64,000 nt of DNA from Deltaproteobacteria bacterium (GTDB lineage: Bacteria > Myxococcota > Kuafuiibacteriia > Kuafuiibacteriales > Kuafuiibacteriaceae), in assembly GCA_040218735.1 (NCBI GenBank), contig JAVJQW010000042.1, forward strand, positions 96,001 to 160,000, in the 5' to 3' direction. The notes under the pieces were generated by a model. The model made no database searches. It was given only the letters and a program-made list of their open reading frames with translations, and was not told the origin of the DNA. Positions 55,716-64,000 of the stretch are shown here, piece by piece. Both the position numbers and the translations under genes were made by a program. How positions within the stretch are numbered: the stretch's first letter is position 1; the number at the start of each line of letters is the position of its first letter.

Positions 55716-57266
55716 TCACACCGGCGCGATGGTCCGGCGCGACGTCTCCACCGTCCCGCTCGTGCGCTTCTCCACCTCCGCGCGGTGGACGTGCCACCAC
55801 GCGCGTGCCTCGTCGCGCGACCATTCGCCGGCGGCGGCGCACGCGTCGAGCGCTTCGCGGAACGTGGCGGCGGAAGCGAAGCGGTCCTCTGGCTTCTTCG
55901 CGAGGCACTTCGCGACGACGGCCTCCAGCGCGGGGTCGACGCCGCTGCGTTTCGTGGCCAGCGCGGGGGCCTTGGAGTGCAGGTGGTGCCCGAGGACTTC
56001 GACGACGTTGCCCTCGAAGACCGTCGATCCCGTGAGGAGGAAGAACGCGACCGCGCCGAGCGCGTAGAGATCCGCGCGTGCGTCGACGGTGTCGGGTGCG
56101 GTCAACGCTTCGGGGGCGAGATACAGCGGCGTCCCCTGGACCGTGTTCGCGGTGGTGACGCCCGGGTCCGACGCGGTCTGGACGTCCTTGACCAGCCCGA
56201 AGTCCACGACCTTGACCATGTCCGGGATGCCGCCGCGCTCGCAGAGGATGATGTTGTCGGGTTTGATGTCGCGGTGCACGAGCCCCATCGCGTGGGCCTC
56301 CGCGAGCGCGTCCGCGACCTGCCGGAGCACGTGGATCGCGCGCGCCTCCGGGAGCGGACCGAAGCGATCCACGAGCGCCTGCAGGCTCACGCCGTCGAGG
56401 AACTCCATCGCGTAGTAGAAGACGCCGTCGTACGTGCGCCCGAAGTCGAAGATGGCGACGGTGTTCGGGTGCGTGAGTCGGCTGGTCTGCTGCACTTCAC
56501 GCTCGAAGCGCGCGATGGCCTCTTCGCCGGCCTTCGCCGGCGGAAGCAACTTCACCGCGGTGGGTCGACGCAACATCGCGTGGCGCGCGCGATAGACCGC
56601 GCCCATGCCGCCCTCGCCGATCTTCGATTCGAGGGTGTACTGGCCAAGCTGCATCGCCTCGCGCACGCGCGTCTGCAGGCCGAACACCACGCGTGAGACG
56701 ACCGCCGCGACGAACGCAAAACCCACGGTCGCGAACACGTTCAGCGTGAGCGGGAACATCCAGTCCGGGAACTCCTCGTCCATCGCCATCTCGATGCGCA
56801 GGTTTTCGAACCCAGCGACCGAGCACCACGTCATGACGCCGCCCCACGTCAGCACCAGCGTCGCCGACAACCACGCGGTGCTGGGAATCACCGCCGCACG
56901 GAGGAGCATGACGATGCCCATCAGGATCGGCACGAACATCCCCATCACACCGCCCGCGCCGGGCACCGGCGGGAACAGCGGGAGCGTCGCGAACACCCCC
57001 ATGGCCACGAACATCCCGCCGATCTCCAACGACCGCGACTGCCAGGCCGGTCGGGACCCGCGCCGGGCCACGGCCCAGACGACGCCGAACGTCACCGCGA
57101 CCGTGAACGTTGCGAGGCGGGTGCTCGACCACAGCGACTCCCCGGGCGCCGAAGGCGACAAGATGTCCACGACCCACATCACGCCGAAGAACTGCGCGGC
57201 GACCCGCGCGAAGAGGGCGACGCGTCGCTGCAGGTACGCGCTGGGGTTGCGGAGCGTATCGAACAT
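55716..57266 (-). CDS. Ser/Thr protein kinase with N-terminal multi-TM sensor
   Basis: About five or six TM helices, then GEGGMG, AVK, HRDIKPDN, DFG, GTPLYLAPE and DLYALG. Confidence 0.9.
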   Translation of the reverse strand: MFDTLRNPSAYLQRRVALFARVAAQFFGVMWVVDILSPSAPGESLWSSTRLATFTVAVTFGVVWAVARRGSRPAWQSRSLEIGGMFVAMGVFATLPLFPPVPGAGGVMGMFVPILMGIVMLLRAAVIPSTAWLSATLVLTWGGVMTWCSVAGFENLRIEMAMDEEFPDWMFPLTLNVFATVGFAFVAAVVSRVVFGLQTRVREAMQLGQYTLESKIGEGGMGAVYRARHAMLRRPTAVKLLPPAKAGEEAIARFEREVQQTSRLTHPNTVAIFDFGRTYDGVFYYAMEFLDGVSLQALVDRFGPLPEARAIHVLRQVADALAEAHAMGLVHRDIKPDNIILCERGGIPDMVKVVDFGLVKDVQTASDPGVTTANTVQGTPLYLAPEALTAPDTVDARADLYALGAVAFFLLTGSTVFEGNVVEVLGHHLHSKAPALATKRSGVDPALEAVVAKCLAKKPEDRFASAATFREALDACAAAGEWSRDEARAWWHVHRAEVEKRTSGTVETSRRTIAPV

Positions 57267-57312
57267 CGCGGGCCGGGCGGCGGCATCATACGCCCGTGCG
57301 CGCGGTCGTCGA

Positions 57313-60117
57313 CTACGGAAAGAGGAACGGATCGAAGAACGACGCGCCGTTGAACAGCGTCGTGTGGTTCATCGGCTGCCCCGGCGCGAGGAAGTCCGCC
57401 GGGAAGTTGCCGCTCTGGATACGGGGCGCGAACAGCGGCTGGCGGCGCGGGTCGTTGATCATCGGTCCGGCCCCCGCGGTGAGCGCGCCGAGCCCCAGCG
57501 GCGGTGCGCGCGTCGCGTCGTGACAACCGAGGCAGAAGTCGTTGCCGGTGGTGTCGGGCCGCGGTGCGTTGTGGCTGAACGGACCCTCCGGGAAGTGAAG
57601 CTCCGCGCTGATCCTCCGCGTCCCCGCCGCGAGGCTGGTGGCGGAGAGGGCGGGCGGCATGCCGTGCACGTCGTCGTAGTCGTGCACGCAGTAGTAGGTG
57701 TCGAACTCGTCGGTGCCGAGGAGGTTCGCGATCTGCGTGTGTGACGACTTCGGGTAGGCCGCGGCGCGGGCGGCGTTCGGGTCCGCGTCGCCGCGCATCC
57801 CCACCAGATAACCGCGCGCGTAGTTACACGCGAGCTCGGGGCCGGGTCGACGTCCGATGACCTTCAGCTCGTCGATCCAGCCGCGGAACCCGAGCACCTC
57901 CGTGTCGCGTCCAACGACGAGGTCGCCGGGGACCACGCCGAGGATCGGCGCGGTGTCGGTCGAAGTGCCAAGGAGGAAACCGTTGAGGTAGAGGTCGACC
58001 GTCCTGCCTTCGTCGCGCACGACGAAGCCCAGGTGGTTGTAGTGTTTGGGCGCGTAGCGCGCCGCCGCGGGGAGGTAGTGCAGGAACAGCGCGCCCGTCG
58101 CGGAGCGGAGCACCACGGCGTCCGCGTAGTAGAGGAAGATCGACGAGCCGTCCGGGAGCGCGAGCAGCTCGGGGACGTACGCGCCGATCGTCTGGCGCGC
58201 GTCGACGAACACGCCGAGGTACCAGTCGCGCTTCGCCAGGCTCTGCTGTCCGGCGGACTCCGCGGGGATCGTGTAGCGGATCCCGCTCACGCCATCGAGC
58301 CACGCACCTTTGCCCTCGACGCCGCCGAGCGCGACGGGCTCCACACGTACATTGGGATCCGCCAGCCCGTAGGACGGCACGTTAATCGTCGGGGAGCTCG
58401 CGCCGTTCTGGAACCGCACCTCGTCGATCGGACCGAGGCCGTAGAGGGTGCCGCTGATCCGCGTCTGCGCGAAGCCGTCGCGGTAGCGCATCGTCCCGAA
58501 CGAACGTGGGTGCGGCGCAGCGTGCGACAGCGACGCGGTCATGTTCGAGACGATCAGAGCGTCCTTGTCGATGTAGTCGTCGAACTCGACCTCCTGCGTT
58601 CCCTTGCCGTTGCTCACCAGCCAGACCACGTCGCGCGGGGATGCGACCTCGAGGTTGGCCGAGTAGTTGAAGCGGTTCTCGATCGAATCGATGACGTTGA
58701 TGTTCCCGGACCCCACCGGCGGGCGCTCCAGGTGTCCGGTCGGATCGTGGTTGCCGTCGGCGCGTCCGTTGCCGGCGTCGATCCATCCGCTCGTCGGCGC
58801 GCCCGTCGGCCCCGAGTTGTCCTGATACAGCTGCACCTGCCGGCGCATGTCCTTCCCGACGTAGAGGTTGTAGTCGATGTTGTTGAGGACGCCGTCGACG
58901 GTGACGACCTTGCCGTGCGTCCACAGCCCGGCCATCGCGACGCCCTGGTAGTGGAACGTCGCCTCCACCGTCTTGTCCTCGACCTGGGTGTGGCTCGGGT
59001 AGAGCAGGCAGTTGTAGCCGGGGAGGCAGCGCGCCTTGTAACGCGTGAACAGGTTTCCGCCCTGGTCGTAGTAGTGGAAGCGTTCGTTGAGCGTCGTGAA
59101 GAAGAGGTTGCGGCCCTTCGCATCCATCCACTGGTAGGTCGCCTTGAGCTCGGCGCCGTCCGGGATGAGGTTGCCCTCGGGGTCGCGGAACGGGTGCTGC
59201 GCGAGCCCGTAGCGACCCTGCATCGCGGGGTCGTAGGGGGCGTGGGAGATCGGCTGGAACGTCGTCCACTGCGTGACGTCACACGGGCTGTTGGTCGCGG
59301 TCTCCGGGTATACTGAGTAGACGATGTCGTACGAGCCGGTGCCGCCGGTCGGGTTCGGCATCTGCGAGAAGCTCGCGCGCCCCACGAAGAGGTAGCCGTC
59401 CTCCGTGGTGATCGGCTCCCACAGCGACTTGATCGCGAGCTGCGGCGTCGACACCGGCGGCGACAGCGCGGTGACGCTGGAGATCTGCGGATTCGCGGTC
59501 TTCGGCTGGTCCACGACGACGCGGATGTCCGCGCCCCAGATCTCCATGTTCTTCACGCCCGGCGATACCTCGCCTTCCACGGTGCTGACGATCGTGAGGT
59601 CGTAGCAGTCCTGCTGGTTGTTCGCGGCGCACGGGTAGGGGTTGCGGCGTTTGCTCACCGGCTGGTCGCGCGTGCCGTCGCAGATCGTGTGCATCTGCAC
59701 GCGCTTCATCGGCATCGTCGAATTCTCGAACGCGGGGAGCGCGGTGTGCTGGTGCGCGAGGCTCGTGATGGAGACCCCGTTCGGCCCGCTGAGGAACCGC
59801 CCCGACATCATCTCCGGCGACATCAGGTACATCTTGCGCTGCCCGAGGATCACGCCGATGCGCCCGTCGGTCGTGAGCCGGAACGGCGGCAGGTGCGGGT
59901 ACGTGAAGTCCGGGCCGCCCCCGTTGTCGCCGAAGTTCAGGACGTCCCGCCGCACCGCAGGGAGCTCCGGGAGCCCGGTTGGCGGTGGCGGCGGCGCGTT
60001 CGTGGTGGGCGGCGGCACCTGCGCGACGGGGGGCGCCGTGGCTTCGTCCGTGGTGACCGAAGTGGGTTCGGGCGCCGAGCAGGCGGCGAGGATCGGGAGG
60101 AGGAGGAGGCGACGCAC
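57313..60117 (-). CDS. Large lipoprotein with LamG-like domain and C-terminal c-type heme motif
   Basis: Lipobox LAAC, Pro-rich linker, YNHLGFV...LYLNG...GWIDEL, and FCLGCH near the C-terminus. Start probably GTG 60117. Confidence 0.65.
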   Translation of the reverse strand: MRRLLLLPILAACSAPEPTSVTTDEATAPPVAQVPPPTTNAPPPPPTGLPELPAVRRDVLNFGDNGGGPDFTYPHLPPFRLTTDGRIGVILGQRKMYLMSPEMMSGRFLSGPNGVSITSLAHQHTALPAFENSTMPMKRVQMHTICDGTRDQPVSKRRNPYPCAANNQQDCYDLTIVSTVEGEVSPGVKNMEIWGADIRVVVDQPKTANPQISSVTALSPPVSTPQLAIKSLWEPITTEDGYLFVGRASFSQMPNPTGGTGSYDIVYSVYPETATNSPCDVTQWTTFQPISHAPYDPAMQGRYGLAQHPFRDPEGNLIPDGAELKATYQWMDAKGRNLFFTTLNERFHYYDQGGNLFTRYKARCLPGYNCLLYPSHTQVEDKTVEATFHYQGVAMAGLWTHGKVVTVDGVLNNIDYNLYVGKDMRRQVQLYQDNSGPTGAPTSGWIDAGNGRADGNHDPTGHLERPPVGSGNINVIDSIENRFNYSANLEVASPRDVVWLVSNGKGTQEVEFDDYIDKDALIVSNMTASLSHAAPHPRSFGTMRYRDGFAQTRISGTLYGLGPIDEVRFQNGASSPTINVPSYGLADPNVRVEPVALGGVEGKGAWLDGVSGIRYTIPAESAGQQSLAKRDWYLGVFVDARQTIGAYVPELLALPDGSSIFLYYADAVVLRSATGALFLHYLPAAARYAPKHYNHLGFVVRDEGRTVDLYLNGFLLGTSTDTAPILGVVPGDLVVGRDTEVLGFRGWIDELKVIGRRPGPELACNYARGYLVGMRGDADPNAARAAAYPKSSHTQIANLLGTDEFDTYYCVHDYDDVHGMPPALSATSLAAGTRRISAELHFPEGPFSHNAPRPDTTGNDFCLGCHDATRAPPLGLGALTAGAGPMINDPRRQPLFAPRIQSGNFPADFLAPGQPMNHTTLFNGASFFDPFLFP

Positions 60118-60158
60118 GACACCCCATACGACGCGCGTCGAGCAGATCTGTCGCCCGG

Positions 60159-60779
60159 TCAGCGCTCCACGCAGGCGGCGACGGCGTCCCCATCTCGGCA
60201 CAGCGCGAGGCGCCCGAGGAGATCGTCGTCGTACGAGCGGAACGCTTCGGAGGCGCTTCGGGAGGCCGACGCCTGGTTGCCGAAGCCGAGGATGCCTCCT
60301 GTGGCCATCATGAGCACGGTGATGGCGAGGCCCGTGACGAGCAACGTCGAACGCCCGGTGCTGTCCGGTTCGAACGCAAGACCCGACACTGCGGTCGCGA
60401 GGCCCAAGACCGGTCCGCACGCCGCGATGGCCCAACCCATGTCAGCCCGGTCTCGCGCTTCGATGCTCCGTCGCGCGCTGACGGCCGTCGCGGAGTCCCA
60501 CCACACGACCGGCAGCAGGTCGTCCGGTGCGCGGATCTCTCGGCCGTCCTGCAGGAGGAGGTGAGGCGGCAGCTCGATTTCTCGCTGCCCCCTCCCGAAG
60601 GGCTGCGCGGGGAGTGTCTTCAGCAAGGATGGCGTGGCGCGCTGCGCCGACAGCTTCTCGTACGCAGCGAGCCGTTCCGCGACCGGGGCGTCGGGTGCGG
60701 GGACGCTGAGTTTGATCCGAGGCGGGCTCGCGCAGGCGGTCGCGACGAGCAAGACCGCCGCCGCGCGCGCGCCCCTCAC
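60159..60779 (-). CDS. Hypothetical lipoprotein/membrane protein (paralogue of 52397-53167)
   Basis: Lipobox ATAC; shared motifs ERLAAYEKL, PDDLLPVV and AFRSYDDDL...LC. Confidence 0.7.
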   Translation of the reverse strand: MRGARAAAVLLVATACASPPRIKLSVPAPDAPVAERLAAYEKLSAQRATPSLLKTLPAQPFGRGQREIELPPHLLLQDGREIRAPDDLLPVVWWDSATAVSARRSIEARDRADMGWAIAACGPVLGLATAVSGLAFEPDSTGRSTLLVTGLAITVLMMATGGILGFGNQASASRSASEAFRSYDDDLLGRLALCRDGDAVAACVER

Positions 60780-62257
60780 GCGTTCTTGCGCATCGCGCGC
60801 ATGTCCGGGAGGCCCGAGCCGGACGTGTCCACGTCCAGCGCGTGCAGCAGCCCGGCGTAGATCTCGCGCTCCTGCATGTTGCGCCCGACCTCGGGCGCGC
60901 CCGTCTGCGGGTCGAAGCCGTAGGTCAGCGCGGTCGTCGGATCGACGCCGCCCAGCACGTTGTTGCCGTTCACGAACGGCGAGAGCACCGCGAAGCCGTT
61001 GTTGAGGTCGTGCGACGAACCGAAGCTCTGCGAGTTCGACGGGCGACGCTTGGTCCGGCCGAAGTCACTCGCGAAGAAGATCATCGAACGATCCCACAGC
61101 GACTCACCGGCCTCGAACTCGGTGGCCTTCAGCAGGTCCACGAGCCGGTCGGCGATGCCGAGGATGCGCTGCCACATCACGGCCTGCGCGTCGCGGTGCG
61201 ACTGGTGCGAGAAGTCGAACGCGAGCGGCGGGTTCGTCAGCGCCGGCGGCGACGTCGTGAGCAGCACGTTGAACGACGGCGAAATCGTCACCGTGCACGA
61301 CACCCGGTTCTTGATCAGCAGGTACGCGAGCATCGCCTGCGCCTCGAGCGGATCCTGCGTGAACTTCGGGAACGCCTGGCGCACCGTCTCGCCGTCCGGC
61401 GACTCCGCGAGCCCGTACTCCGACAGCGGGATGCTCCCCGGCACGTCCGGGTACGCGTTCAGCTTCGTGATCAGGTCCTGCATCTCCAGGCCCTTCGCGA
61501 GGCGACGCTGTTCGATCCAGCGCTGAAGCCGCGGGCTCTGTTCGAACGTCTTGAAGAACGTCGACTCCGCGTCGAGCTTCTCATCGCGAAGCGCACGCGC
61601 CAGCTCCAGGCGGGTCCGCGAAGGCAGGTCCTTGATCCCGCGCGCGCCGTCCAGCGACAGCGGCCAGAAGTCCGGGCGCGCGACCGGCTCACCGACGGCG
61701 AATCCGGGGAGTGTGCGGTCGATGCCCGGCTCCAGGTAGCCACCCGCCGCCATGTTGACGTTCGGGAGCGTCATCGTCGCGCCGTACTCGGCCGCCACGG
61801 CCTCCTGCAGCGTGCGCCCGTTCCAGGCTTCGTTCCCGGTGATCGCACGCTTCTGCGCGACGGTGTGGTTCACGCTCGTGCCCGTGTGCGTGACGACCAT
61901 GAGGTCGTTCATGTGTTTGCGCACGAACGCGGACTGGTTCGTCCGGTACGGAATCGGGATCGCGCCGACCTCGCTCCGCGACAGGTTCACCGCGCGGAAC
62001 GGCGTGTCGTTCCAGGACTCGACCTCCGCGTCGCGGAAGCAGTTGAGGGTCGACGCGCCGGCGCCGGCCTCCGACTCCCGGATCGCGAGGAAGCTGTCGA
62101 TGAGCGAAGCGCCACCGGCGCCCGCCACCACGATCAGGAACTTCGGTTTCTTGGCGTCCTGCGCACCGACGGTGCGCGGGGTGAGCAGGGGAGAGACCGC
62201 CCCGCCGACGGCGGCGGCGCCCATGCCCTTGAGGAAGTGTCGTCGATTCGAACGCAT
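60776..62257 (-). CDS. DUF1501-like Tat-exported protein
   Basis: Tat motif NRRHFLKG from ATG 62257; FDFSHQSH, ASDFGRT, GSSHD and VNGNNVLGG. Confidence 0.75.
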   Translation of the reverse strand: MRSNRRHFLKGMGAAAVGGAVSPLLTPRTVGAQDAKKPKFLIVVAGAGGASLIDSFLAIRESEAGAGASTLNCFRDAEVESWNDTPFRAVNLSRSEVGAIPIPYRTNQSAFVRKHMNDLMVVTHTGTSVNHTVAQKRAITGNEAWNGRTLQEAVAAEYGATMTLPNVNMAAGGYLEPGIDRTLPGFAVGEPVARPDFWPLSLDGARGIKDLPSRTRLELARALRDEKLDAESTFFKTFEQSPRLQRWIEQRRLAKGLEMQDLITKLNAYPDVPGSIPLSEYGLAESPDGETVRQAFPKFTQDPLEAQAMLAYLLIKNRVSCTVTISPSFNVLLTTSPPALTNPPLAFDFSHQSHRDAQAVMWQRILGIADRLVDLLKATEFEAGESLWDRSMIFFASDFGRTKRRPSNSQSFGSSHDLNNGFAVLSPFVNGNNVLGGVDPTTALTYGFDPQTGAPEVGRNMQEREIYAGLLHALDVDTSGSGLPDMRAMRKNA

Positions 62258-62268
62258 CGTCGGGGCTC

Positions 62269-62955
62269 CTAGTAGAACAGCGATTCCATCGAGGTGAGGA
62301 CGGCGTGGCACGACAGGACCGCCCAGTCGCGGGCGGCGTTCGGCTGCCCGTCGGCTTCGATGTCGCGATAGAGCTGACGATGGTGCTCGACCTCGTCGGG
62401 CGTGGGGACGCGCAGCAACGCGCGCTGGTAGAGACGCTGGATCGACGCGGCGACCTCTTCGGCCTCCACGTCGGCGAGCGCGCCGTTGGCGAGCGGGAGG
62501 TTCAAGAAGATCCGACCGCTGCTCGGGTTGCCGAAGTCCGCGCTGACCCGCTCGCGGCACGCGAACAGCGCCATGCGCTCCACCGCGAGGGGCGTCGTCA
62601 CCGAGGTGAACGGCAGCGGCTCGTTGAGGCCCTGCACGTACGCCTCGACGCCGCCGAGCGTGATGCGGTGGATGAAGTCCGAGCACGAGTACTGACCGAG
62701 CTCGGTGCAGACCTCGGACAGACCGAGCGCCGTCGCGAAGTCGGCTTCGATGCGCTTCGCCTTCTTGAAACGAACGCTGCCCTTCTCGGAGGCGAGGAAC
62801 GAAGGCGTCGTGACCGTCGTGCCGCCGTCGCGGTTGGGGTCTTCGATGGAACCCGGTCCGCCGTCGCGCGTCGGTCCGCCGTCTTCGGACGGCTCGGACG
62901 ACGGGCAGGCGAACAGGAGCGTGCAGGTGGCGATGAGCAGCGTCTTACGGAACAC
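62269..62955 (-). CDS. Lipoprotein of the DUF1501-associated operon
   Basis: Lipobox LFAC, DGG linker, LYQRALLRVPT and CHAVLTSMESLFY. Confidence 0.65.
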   Translation of the reverse strand: MFRKTLLIATCTLLFACPSSEPSEDGGPTRDGGPGSIEDPNRDGGTTVTTPSFLASEKGSVRFKKAKRIEADFATALGLSEVCTELGQYSCSDFIHRITLGGVEAYVQGLNEPLPFTSVTTPLAVERMALFACRERVSADFGNPSSGRIFLNLPLANGALADVEAEEVAASIQRLYQRALLRVPTPDEVEHHRQLYRDIEADGQPNAARDWAVLSCHAVLTSMESLFY

Positions 62956-64000
62956 CGTAGGCCTCCGTGTCGATGAGGTCGTGGAGCATCTTCTCGATCT
63001 GGTAGCTGTGGCGGCCCTTCAGCGTGTTCCACAGCGCGTTGAACTCTTCCTGCTCCGACGCGAGCGGATCGTGTCCGAGCAGGAGGCGCCAGTACTCGAG
63101 GACGGACGCGGCGGCGAAGGCGTCGCTGTTGGCCGCGACGTTGGCCCACTCGGTGAGGTTCGAGACCGGCTGTCCGAGGACGTAACCTTGCTCGGGCATC
63201 GCCGTGATGTTGACGCCCTCGTTCCTGAAGTCGTCTTCGATGCGGTTCGGGTCGTACGTGCCAACGCTCCCGGTGAGGCCCTGATAGTTCTTGAAGGGGT
63301 ACGACGCCGGGTCGAGCGTCGAGTGGCACACCGAGCATGCGTCCGCCTGCACACCCTTGTCGTCGTAGTCGACGGGCTCGCCTTCGACCGGGTCGAGGCC
63401 CTGCAGCTTCGCGATGTCCATCCCGAGGAAGGACCGGTACGCCTGCGCGGCCGCCGTGCGCGGGAGCGCGGTGAACATGACGTTGAGCACCAGGTTCCAG
63501 CGTGTGGTCATCATCCCCGCGCGGCGCTCGGTGACGATGTCCTGCCGTCCGGTGCGGTCCGCGCCGGTCGCACGTGCGTAGTGCGTCGTGTTGCCGTCGC
63601 TGTCGGTGCGCGCGACCGCGAAGAAGTCCGCGGTGAGCACGTCGCGCGCGTCGTGGTCGTCGGTCTGCGCGTACACGAAGAGGCGGTAGTCGTCGTAGTA
63701 GTCGGCGAGCGGGATGATGCCGCCGTCCTCACCGGCCTTGATCGCCTGGATGGGGCGGATCTTCTTGTGCGCGAGCTCCCAGAGCTGGCCGTCCTGTCCG
63801 ATCCAGAACGGGCTGTCGAGGCACGCCGTCAACTTGGCATGCACCGCGGCGCGCGGGTCGGCCTCCGCGTCGAACGCCTGCATCTCTTCCCAGGTGGGGG
63901 AGCGCCCGCAGAAGTCGAGGCTGACCTTCTTGAACGCGTAGCGTGCGTCCCAGTTGCAGACGTCGAACTGATCGTTGATGCCCGTCTTACCGGCGCACTC
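62945..64000 (-). CDS. Planctomycete-cytochrome-like (DUF1549/DUF1588-type) protein, 5' end beyond the window
   Basis: Frame open to 64000 (…KKVSLDFCGRSPTWEEM…), RAGMMTT and heme motif CSVCHSTLDP. Confidence 0.7.
   Translation of the reverse strand, partial: ECAGKTGINDQFDVCNWDARYAFKKVSLDFCGRSPTWEEMQAFDAEADPRAAVHAKLTACLDSPFWIGQDGQLWELAHKKIRPIQAIKAGEDGGIIPLADYYDDYRLFVYAQTDDHDARDVLTADFFAVARTDSDGNTTHYARATGADRTGRQDIVTERRAGMMTTRWNLVLNVMFTALPRTAAAQAYRSFLGMDIAKLQGLDPVEGEPVDYDDKGVQADACSVCHSTLDPASYPFKNYQGLTGSVGTYDPNRIEDDFRNEGVNITAMPEQGYVLGQPVSNLTEWANVAANSDAFAAASVLEYWRLLLGHDPLASEQEEFNALWNTLKGRHSYQIEKMLHDLIDTEAYGVP

Overview
GC-rich (about 70%) chromosomal window, very likely from a myxobacterium (Myxococcota). 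The evidence is FHA-sigma54 activators, Ser/Thr kinases, lipoproteins with DGG/DAG linkers, Cys-rich lipoproteins and a DUF1501-type operon. It holds about 50 CDSs. I saw no rRNA, tRNA, CRISPR array or transposase/integrase. Four things stand out. (1) A FAAL-ACP-acyl-ACP desaturase-PKS operon (39992-49736) whose PKS has KS-AT-ACP-KR-DH followed by a PLP-dependent alpha-oxoamine synthase domain, a plausible single-enzyme route to unsaturated sphingoid bases or related aminolipids. (2) Homologues of a pyrrolyl-carrier-protein pathway (A domain, acyl-CoA dehydrogenase, PCP, CloN6-like B12 radical SAM) scattered among glycan-modifying genes. (3) A lower-GC three-gene island (about 17750-20620) with a small toxin-like ORF, a large protein with a putative winged-helix C-terminus and a DNA methyltransferase, possibly an undescribed defence module. 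(4) A lipoprotein resembling the pore-forming part of anthrax protective antigen/binary toxin B, lying just upstream of an M16 protease pair. All family calls come from motif reading and memory, not database searches.
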